Source of the DNA: a virus
Taxonomy: Duplodnaviria > Caudoviricetes
IMG/VR virus record: IMGVR_UViG_3300017791_000021
Location: 47,016 to 111,015 of that record
DNA length: 64,000 nt
Direction: 5' to 3' (one strand)
The position numbers were made by a program, and so were the translations under genes. Below, in pieces: positions 57,262 to 62,808 of this stretch; the first letter of the stretch is position 1; each line of letters begins with the position of its first letter. The notes beneath the pieces were generated by a model. That model ran no database searches. It was given only the letters and a program-made list of their open reading frames with translations, and had not been told where the DNA came from.

Positions 57262-57693
57262 CTACTTCTTGGTTACTAGCAAGTCAACGATAGCGATTGC
57301 TATAGGTATCATCACCATGGACATCAACCAGCGGAACTGTTCTTGTCTAGCCTTTAGATATCCAGTGTGCTGAGTCTGTCTTTCGTCAGTCTCTCTACCG
57401 ATTGCTTGCTCATATCTCTCACGCTCAGCCTGAATATCACGTCTTAACGAATCAAACGAGTCTCGTAGTTCTCTTTTTAGATCTTCAATGTCATGCTCTG
57501 AGTCTTCTACTTTCTCATTTAGGTTGTTAAGCTGTATATCGTACGCGCGCTTGTCAGCATAATATTCGGTTAGGGTTAGTAGTTTGTCCAGGCGGCTGGA
57601 AAAATCCGTAAATCGAGTTTCAACGTTTCGCTGCAAACCGTCTAGTTCTCTCTGTACCGCCCCAGACCACGTCTGTGTCTCTGGTTGTGTCAT
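57262..57693 (-). CDS. Coiled-coil protein with C-terminal membrane anchor
   Basis: Heptad pattern, WLMSMVMIPIAIAIVDLLV helix; start uncertain. Confidence 0.7.
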   Translation of the reverse strand: MTQPETQTWSGAVQRELDGLQRNVETRFTDFSSRLDKLLTLTEYYADKRAYDIQLNNLNEKVEDSEHDIEDLKRELRDSFDSLRRDIQAERERYEQAIGRETDERQTQHTGYLKARQEQFRWLMSMVMIPIAIAIVDLLVTKK

Positions 57694-57794
57694 CAGCAAC
57701 TCGCTTGGGGCTAGATTTTGAAAAGGACAACAGCAGAAGACCGACGTTATCCGTTCAATTCTCCAAATTTCCTGCCCCAAACGTGCTTGAGCGT

Positions 57795-57845
57795 ACTGGT
57801 CTAGTGCTATTTCCCCTTAAGGATAGCACTAGACCAGTGGTTTTT
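57795..57845. terminator. Terminator-like hairpin after RNA ligase
   Basis: ACTGGTCTAGTGCTAT / ATAGCACTAGACCAGT 16-bp inverted repeat; T-tract on plus side. Confidence 0.65.
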
Positions 57846-57862
57846 ATGCGTACAGAGAGTAA

Positions 57863-58918
57863 TTACTCTGCGCTAGGCTTGATCAGGTCATATACCTTAT
57901 CAGTAATGTCCTTTCCGTCCAACAGGCTGAACATAAAACCGGGATATTCGGTCCACTCATCGCTGGTTGCGAGTCGTGCGAACTCCTTTCGCGTCCAAGA
58001 ATCGGAATCCTTGTCCAGAGCCTTGCAGATCTGACGAAAATCGCTCTTGGCAATCGTATCGATCAGCAGAAAATCCTTTCGGATCTCCTTGAAAGTCTCC
58101 TTAAGCCAGGCGTGCCACTCGTCCGGAACGATCTCACACAGTTCCTGGAGCGTCTGGCCTTCCTTCATGTTCTCCCAGACCCGACGCTTTGTCAAACCCG
58201 TCACGATCTTGTGCAAAGCAATGTAGTCATCCTGCTTGATCTTGATCCGGTAGTTGAGATCCGGGAAGAAGACCACAAGACCTTCCGCGTTGGGGCGCGG
58301 AGGAGCCTCCAGTGCCTCTCTAAGCGTCTCGTAGGGGAAGGTCTGAGCGCGGGGACCACGCCACGTCACAACCTCGTTAGGAAGCAATACGTCGCCTTCC
58401 TCAATGTCACGCACACCCAGCAGAATCAGCTCATCCATATCTCCATAATCCAGCACAATACGGTTGGACGGATAGACAATCTCAAACATATAGGTCCACA
58501 TAGGAGCAACCTTGAAACCATACTTCGTCTTCCACAGCTCTGTAGCGTGGATTGCCTGCTCAGAAGTAAAGGAGCCACGAGTAGCAATTCCCTGCTCACC
58601 CTCATAAGACCAAAGGATACCGAGCGAACCATCCATCTTATCGGTTGCTACTACACGCTGATCCATAAGCATTGCGTCAGCCTGATTCTGACCATAGTTC
58701 AGGAACTTGTCAAAGGGCCGCGCGATAACCGTACCAGCGGAGTTTGCAATCAGACCACGGCACTTGGTAGTGACGTTGTTCCACTCTCCGTCATACTGAG
58801 CCTTTTCCGTGTAGTTGTAGATGATCAGGTCAAGAGTAGGGTGAGTGTTCTCACGCACATAGCCCTGATCGTGCATGTACATGTATTCCCGGTAACCAAA
58901 CAGATCGTAGATGTGCAT
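57863..58918 (-). CDS. rnlA: RNA ligase (T4 Rnl1-like)
   Basis: YNY, CRGLI, ARPFDKFLN, motif I KMDGSLG, TRGSF, FEI, EGLV, KIK. Confidence 0.93.
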   Translation of the reverse strand: MHIYDLFGYREYMYMHDQGYVRENTHPTLDLIIYNYTEKAQYDGEWNNVTTKCRGLIANSAGTVIARPFDKFLNYGQNQADAMLMDQRVVATDKMDGSLGILWSYEGEQGIATRGSFTSEQAIHATELWKTKYGFKVAPMWTYMFEIVYPSNRIVLDYGDMDELILLGVRDIEEGDVLLPNEVVTWRGPRAQTFPYETLREALEAPPRPNAEGLVVFFPDLNYRIKIKQDDYIALHKIVTGLTKRRVWENMKEGQTLQELCEIVPDEWHAWLKETFKEIRKDFLLIDTIAKSDFRQICKALDKDSDSWTRKEFARLATSDEWTEYPGFMFSLLDGKDITDKVYDLIKPSAE

Positions 58919-58950
58919 TGCCTGCCTCCTTCGTTGATGTGATGTGGTAC

Positions 58951-59007
58951 AGCCTAAGGGATTAGAAAACCCCTGTCAAGGGAGCGAATCAACCTTGACA
59001 GGGGTTT
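58951..59007 (-). promoter_or_regulatory. Terminator hairpin whose downstream arm is the -35 of the RNA ligase promoter
   Basis: AAACCCCTGTCAAGG / CCTTGACAGGGGTTT inverted repeat; minus strand TTGACA-17-TAGGCT. Confidence 0.7.
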
Positions 59008-59020
59008 ATTGGGTGGTACG

Positions 59021-59102
59021 TGGATGGAGAGGGACTTGAACCCCCAGACCCGAAAGACCGGTTTTACAGACCGGCACGCTACCAATTACGTTTTATCCAT
59101 CC
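59021..59102 (-). tRNA. tRNA-Tyr(GUA)
   Basis: GGATGGA/TCCATCC acceptor, CCGGT-CTGTAAA-ACCGG, long V-arm, TTCAAGT T-loop. Confidence 0.9.
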
Positions 59103-59104
59103 GG

Positions 59105-59176
59105 GGTGACTGACGGGACTTGAACCCGCATTGGCCACGACCACAACGTGGTGCATTACCGTTATGCTACAGTCAC
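59105..59176 (-). tRNA. tRNA-His(GUG)
   Basis: GTGACTG/CAGTCAC, CCACG-TTGTGGT-CGTGG, C73. Confidence 0.9.
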
Positions 59177-59178
59177 AG

Positions 59179-59250
59179 TCCGGGCGAGAAGAGTCGAACT
59201 TCCGTCTACTCCTTATCAGAGAGTCGTTCTAACCGTTGAACTACGCCCGA
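59179..59250 (-). tRNA. tRNA-Ile(GAU)
   Basis: TCGGGCG/CGCCCGG, ACTCT-CTGATAA-GGAGT, TTCGACT. Confidence 0.85.
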
Positions 59251-59256
59251 TCATAT

Positions 59257-59565
59257 TTACTTGTGTTCGTTAATGATACCAAGGATCTTAAACTTTGGCA
59301 AGGCTCCTACGTTATACTCGACAACCTTACCCTTCTTAAACAATAGAAGAGTTGGAATTGAAGCAATATCGTAGCGCTTAGCTAGTTCGGCTTGCTCATC
59401 TGCATTGATCTTCACTACTTCTAGCCAGTCGTTCTCTTCTGATACAGACTGTAGCACGGGAGCCATCATCTTGCAAGGTCCGCACCAGTCAGCCCAGAAG
59501 TCAACTAGAACTGGCTTCTCAGATTCAAGAACCTCATTGAAGTTCTCAATAGTAATGTCACGCAT
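59257..59565 (-). CDS. trxA: Thioredoxin
   Basis: VLVDFWADWCGPCK, SIPTL; start re-assigned to ATG 59565 behind AGGAG. Confidence 0.95.
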   Translation of the reverse strand: MRDITIENFNEVLESEKPVLVDFWADWCGPCKMMAPVLQSVSEENDWLEVVKINADEQAELAKRYDIASIPTLLLFKKGKVVEYNVGALPKFKILGIINEHK

Positions 59566-59585
59566 ATATTCTCCTAATCGATACG

Positions 59586-59658
59586 TACTCCCAGCGGGAT
59601 TTGAACCCACAACCGCCTGTATATAAGACAGGTGCTCTCACCGTTGAGCTATGGGAGC
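59586..59658 (-). tRNA. tRNA-Ile(UAU)
   Basis: GCTCCCA/TGGGAGT, CCTGT-CTTATAT-ACAGG, TTCAAAT. Confidence 0.85.
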
Positions 59659-59788
59659 AGGTAAGCACCATATTAGCCGTACCAGAGCGTTTGTGCAATC
59701 GATCTCTTCTCTGCACCAGGCTAATACTTTTCCTTCACATCGCAACTCCGATTGCACGGGGAGGGAAGGCAGGCAAGTGCTCTTACCT
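59659..59788 (-). ncRNA. Candidate structured ncRNA (two arms with 9-bp loop-loop complementarity)
   Basis: Closing stem AGGTAA(GA)GCAC/GTGCTTACCT; arms CCTTC/GAAGG and TATTAGCC/GGCTAATA; GTGCAATCG vs CGATTGCAC. Confidence 0.6.
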
Positions 59789-59794
59789 GTGCTG

Positions 59795-59878
59795 CGGAGG
59801 AAGAGGGATTCGAACCCCCACGGCTTTCACACCGTACGGTTTTCAAGACCGTGCCACGCCACCGATGTTAGTTCCTCC
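59795..59878 (-). tRNA. tRNA-Ser(UGA)
   Basis: GGAGGAA/TTCCTCC, ACGGT-CTTGAAA-ACCGT, long V-arm, G73; weak D-stem. Confidence 0.85.
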
Positions 59879-59956
59879 ATTGCGCTGAACCTTAAAGGAG
59901 TTCAGAGAGATATCACCGTACGGACCTTTTGCCGTACAGCCACCTTTTAAGTGCTG

Positions 59957-60040
59957 CGGAAGAGACGGGAATCGAACCCGCTCGGCCTTGAGAGCCTTAC
60001 TACGTTTCCAGCGTAGCCGCTAACCATTTGCTTCTCTTCC
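59957..60040 (-). tRNA. tRNA-Ser(GGA)
   Basis: GGAAGAG/CTCTTCC, CTACG-CTGGAAA-CGTAG, long V-arm, G73. Confidence 0.85.
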
Positions 60041-60045
60041 ATGCG

Positions 60046-60130
60046 CGGAGACAGAGGGATTCGAACCCTCGGAGGTGTTACCCTCACTTGCTTAGCAGGC
60101 AAGCCCAATCGACCGCTCTGGCATGTCTCC
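60046..60130 (-). tRNA. tRNA-Ser(GCU)
   Basis: GGAGACA/TGTCTCC, CTTGC-CTGCTAA-GCAAG, long V-arm, G73. Confidence 0.9.
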
Positions 60131-60134
60131 AAAG

Positions 60135-60213
60135 AGCGATAGGGGAGAATCGAACTCCAAACGCTAACGGTTTTGCAGACCGTTCCCAGACCATCTGAGT
60201 TAACGCCTACCGC
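60135..60213 (-). tRNA. tRNA-Cys(GCA), atypical D-arm
   Basis: GCGGTAG/CTATCGC, ACGGT-CTGCAAA-ACCGT, U73, TTCGATT. Confidence 0.7.
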
Positions 60214-60218
60214 ATGGG

Positions 60219-60296
60219 TGGATCTGCTGGGAATCGAACCCAGGTCCGCTGGTGCTCCGCGTGCGGCTTTCGCCAACGTCGAAACCTTCCAGACCC
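60219..60296 (-). ncRNA. Mini-tmRNA: tRNA-like domain only, no mRNA-like domain
   Basis: GGGTCTG-GAAGGTTTCGA-CGTTGG-[20 nt]-CCAGCG-GAC-CTGGG-TTCGATT-CCCAG-CAGATCC-A; G3:U70 and A73. Confidence 0.8.
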
Positions 60297-60301
60297 ATTA
60301 G

Positions 60302-60385
60302 TTACGCTCTATAAGGTGGTCTAGGACCACTTGGTGGTTTTGGCATGTTAGGCCCCGGAAAGGGCTTTGGTGTTTTTGGTTTCAT
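60302..60385 (-). CDS. 27-aa proline-rich peptide MKPKTPKPFPGPNMPKPPSGPRPPYRA
   Basis: ATG..TAA fills the tRNA-Val / mini-tmRNA spacer; 11 Pro using all four Pro codons; no SD. Confidence 0.55.
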   Translation of the reverse strand: MKPKTPKPFPGPNMPKPPSGPRPPYRA

Positions 60386-60386
60386 G

Positions 60387-60457
60387 TACCCGATGAGGGA
60401 ATCGAACCCCCGCATGTAGTGTGTAAAACTACTGGTCTCCCATTAACCTAATCGGGC
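60387..60457 (-). tRNA. tRNA-Val(UAC)
   Basis: GCCCGAT/ATCGGGT, GTAGT-TTTACAC-ACTAC, TTCGATT. Confidence 0.85.
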
Positions 60458-60480
60458 ATAAGCCCCGAAGGGCCGTTAAG

Positions 60481-60648
60481 CTAAATTCTGTGGTAATCCC
60501 TAACAGTCACATTCTTAATTGTGACAGCATCAGGATCTTTTGTGTCGGTGAGAGTTACAGTGCATTTATCACCATACACTTCTCTGATGACCGCAGGACG
60601 ACCCTTGTAGTGCCCACGATCCATCATGATGTGCTGTCCTACTATCAA
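60481..60648 (-). CDS. 55-aa KOW-motif microprotein (below ORF-track cutoff)
   Basis: TTG behind AGGGAG; MIVGQHIMMDRGHYKGRPAVIREVYGDKCTVTLTDTKDPDAVTIKNVTVRDYHRI. Confidence 0.7.
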   Translation of the reverse strand: MIVGQHIMMDRGHYKGRPAVIREVYGDKCTVTLTDTKDPDAVTIKNVTVRDYHRI

Positions 60649-60667
60649 GGTGTCTCCCTATTATACC

Positions 60668-60838
60668 TTACGCCTTGCGAACCTCAGACTCTCGGAAAGA
60701 ATCCTCATCACCCTTAGAGTGACCAACTCCATCCTCAGTTGCCTTTACAGCAACCAGCTTGCGAGCTGTGTCAGTGAAGGTAACCTTACCAACCCAGCCG
60801 TTTGCAGTCTCAACCTTGTCTCCGCGCTTGAATGCCAC
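60668..60838 (-). CDS. 56-aa SH3/KOW-like microprotein (below ORF-track cutoff)
   Basis: GTG behind AAGGAGG; MAFKRGDKVETANGWVGKVTFTDTARKLVAVKATEDGVGHSKGDEDSFRESEVRKA. Confidence 0.8.
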   Translation of the reverse strand: MAFKRGDKVETANGWVGKVTFTDTARKLVAVKATEDGVGHSKGDEDSFRESEVRKA

Positions 60839-60869
60839 AAGTGCCTCCTTGTTAGGTTTAGTGCTTGCG

Positions 60870-60947
60870 TACCCCAGACAGGATTCGAACCTGCATACTC
60901 CATTACGCTTTTAATGACCGGTTAGAAGCCGGGGGCGATACTGGGGC
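60870..60947 (-). tRNA. D-armless tRNA-Arg(UCU)-like RNA with long variable arm
   Basis: GCCCCAG-TATCGCCC-CCGG-CTTCTAA-CCGG-T-CATTA-AAAGCG-TAATG-GAGTAT-GCAGG-TTCGAAT-CCTGT-CTGGGGT-A. Confidence 0.65.
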
Positions 60948-60973
60948 AAGTCCGCCCGAAGGCGGGTAGTGGG

Positions 60974-61483
60974 TTAGTCCCACCAGTGAGAACTATTGTA
61001 CTTAGAGTCTTCGAAGACGTCAATGTCTTCCCAGTCTCCATCTTCCCAATAGCGGCCGTAGTCTCGTACCGCGCTGTGCAACTTCTGTCTAACCTTAGAG
61101 CGTACAGCTCCGTTTGTCAACTGCTTGAAGTCCTTGCTACTACGGATATTGGGGTAGTACTCAAGGTTGTAGTAGCAGTGCTTATCTACCAGGCGCTCTT
61201 CATTCGTAGCATTTCTAGGATGATTAATGCGCCAAGTAGATGGTGTCTCTTCGGGTATGTCGATTGTGCAGTCTACAGGCACGTACCAACGCTTGTACAG
61301 CTTGCGAACGTACCAGAGCTTGTCTTCCCAGTGCCAACCGTCTTTGGTAGGCACACGGCGGTATACCGGCTCTTCTCCGACCAACTCAGTCTGTAGGACC
61401 ATGTGATCGTGAGATGGATATCGTGACATAGACGGATCATTCTTCAAAACCCAGTATGGACGATCCTTACGAGTACGAGACAT
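60974..61483 (-). CDS. Basic/aromatic hypothetical protein
   Basis: ATG 61483 behind GGGAG; MSRTRKDRPYWV...HDH...C...C...WWD. Confidence 0.75.
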   Translation of the reverse strand: MSRTRKDRPYWVLKNDPSMSRYPSHDHMVLQTELVGEEPVYRRVPTKDGWHWEDKLWYVRKLYKRWYVPVDCTIDIPEETPSTWRINHPRNATNEERLVDKHCYYNLEYYPNIRSSKDFKQLTNGAVRSKVRQKLHSAVRDYGRYWEDGDWEDIDVFEDSKYNSSHWWD

Positions 61484-61504
61484 ATCAACTCCCAAGGTAG
61501 TGCT

Positions 61505-61592
61505 AAAGAAAATGCCAGATATCAGAGACTCTGGCGGATCTCCCGTTCATTGAGACTTTATAGGGTGTGTTTCAGAACGGCTTAGATATCCC
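61505..61592 (-). promoter_or_regulatory. Structured leader with terminator and possible anti-terminator
   Basis: GCCAGA/TCTGGC hairpin + ATTTTCTTT; upstream GGATATC can pair with GATATCT in the terminator arm. Confidence 0.4.
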
Positions 61593-61594
61593 TG

Positions 61595-61667
<73 letters not shown>

Positions 61668-61671
61668 ATAA

Positions 61672-62247
61672 CTAGAAGGCAAGATTTCCTGCGGACTGAA
61701 TATTGATACTATTCGGACCTGAAATCTGAACCTGCTTAGCAAGTTTGTTGTACCCTCTAAGTGTATTCAAATACTTGTATAGCTTGCCAGGAGTTACCAG
61801 GTACGGTGGGTACTCGGTCAACTTAACTCCAGCGTTCTCATAATCCAAGGCTACGAGTTGAGAACAGATCAAATGGTTTGAACTCTCAACGCGCTTTGCT
61901 ACACCAGGATGCTTGATACCTAGACGATACAGCGCGATAGCCAGGTAGTCAAGGAAGCTGTAAGGCGTTCCTTCCTGCGCCAACGCTGACTGAACAATAA
62001 GGTTGCGCTGCTCATCTGTCAAGGGCACATAGCCAGTAGACCAGATGATTGGACGACCATCATATTCAGCCAAGTCAGAAATAAGTGCGCCACCAGGCTC
62101 AGCCTCAACGATCTTACCATCACCTACATAAACGAAGGCGTGTTCGTAATCACGGAAACCATCTCCATTGAAAAACTGACCGACTCGGATTAAGAATCCG
62201 ACTCCGCCCTTAATGGATACTAGACCGAAATCTCCTGGCTGTGGCAT
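61672..62247 (-). CDS. Permuted papain-like NlpC/P60 enzyme (YiiX/YebB-like)
   Basis: QPGD, YEHAFVYVG..KIVEA, GTPYS, LICSQLV, VTPG (His before Cys). Confidence 0.85.
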   Translation of the reverse strand: MPQPGDFGLVSIKGGVGFLIRVGQFFNGDGFRDYEHAFVYVGDGKIVEAEPGGALISDLAEYDGRPIIWSTGYVPLTDEQRNLIVQSALAQEGTPYSFLDYLAIALYRLGIKHPGVAKRVESSNHLICSQLVALDYENAGVKLTEYPPYLVTPGKLYKYLNTLRGYNKLAKQVQISGPNSINIQSAGNLAF

Positions 62248-62343
62248 TATTTCCTCCTAAAAATTATTTCCCTACACGTCGCTAACCATATCCCATATAG
62301 GATATCTCCGACTGCCTACCCTCATCCTACTCCTCGGGAAAAG

Positions 62344-62416
62344 TGATTCCTGTCGGACTCGAACCGACGCGCTTCGGATTAAAAGTCCGCTGCTCTGCCA
62401 ACTGAGCTAAGGAACC
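62344..62416 (-). tRNA. tRNA-Lys(UUU)
   Basis: GGTTCCT/AGGAATC, CGGA-CTTTTAA-TCCG, TTCGAGT. Confidence 0.9.
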
Positions 62417-62421
62417 AAAAG

Positions 62422-62494
62422 TGGATCGCCAGGGACTTGAACCCTGAACCTTCAGATTAAGAGTCTGCTACTCTGCCAATTGAGTTAGCGATCC
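62422..62494 (-). tRNA. tRNA-Lys(CUU)
   Basis: GGATCGC/GCGATCC, CAGA-CTCTTAA-TCTG, TTCAAGT. Confidence 0.9.
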
Positions 62495-62502
62495 ATTAGG
62501 AA

Positions 62503-62573
62503 AGACATGACCTGACCTAGAGATAACAGGTAGTAATTGTAGCCTTTGCGCATCGCGGCTTCATAGCATGTCT
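62503..62573 (-). ncRNA. Candidate small three-way-junction RNA
   Basis: AGACATG/CATGTCT closing stem with AGCC/GGCT and ACCT/AGGT arms; fills tRNA spacer. Confidence 0.4.
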
Positions 62574-62577
62574 AACG

Positions 62578-62648
62578 TGGAGCCACGGGGAGTCGAACCC
62601 CGATTGCGGGTATGCAAAACCCGTGTCCTACCATTGAACGATGGCCCC
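62578..62648 (-). tRNA. tRNA-Ala(UGC)
   Basis: GGGGCCA/TGGCTCC with G3:U70, CGGGT-TTTGCAT-ACCCG. Confidence 0.92.
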
Positions 62649-62653
62649 ATAAG

Positions 62654-62804
62654 GCGGTTTTGTACTAGAGGGCAGTCCGCCAACTGCTCTGTATAGCTTA
62701 GCAGGTTTTACCCTACTAATCAACTCTTGGGCTTTGGTCGGTTGCAGTCGGGGCAGACAGCCTTCTCAGGAGCCCACCAGCTTCTACACCAGATACAAAA
62801 CCAC
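62654..62804 (-). ncRNA. Candidate 151-nt structured ncRNA directly downstream of Ro60
   Basis: 11-bp closing stem GTGGTTTTGTA/TACAAAACCGC with several internal stems. Confidence 0.6.
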
Positions 62805-62808
62805 TTCA

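Noticed and set aside
59601-60276. ORF-track entries 59601-59888, 59651-59950 and 59947-60276
   Set aside because: They overlap clear tRNA genes
60219-60296. Calling the mini-tmRNA an ordinary tRNA or a YrlA Y RNA
   Set aside because: It has no D-stem or 7-nt anticodon loop, and its ends form a G3:U70 acceptor stem with the tmRNA-type TTCGA-C and GAC connectors
60870-60947. Reading the D-armless RNA as an amber suppressor or tRNA-Pyl (CUA)
   Set aside because: The symmetric 7-nt loop CTTCTAA centres on TCT; TAG ends many ORFs here normally, so there is no sign of recoding
62503-62573. Hammerhead ribozyme
   Set aside because: Has CTATGA rather than CTGANGA and lacks the GAAA core at the required junction
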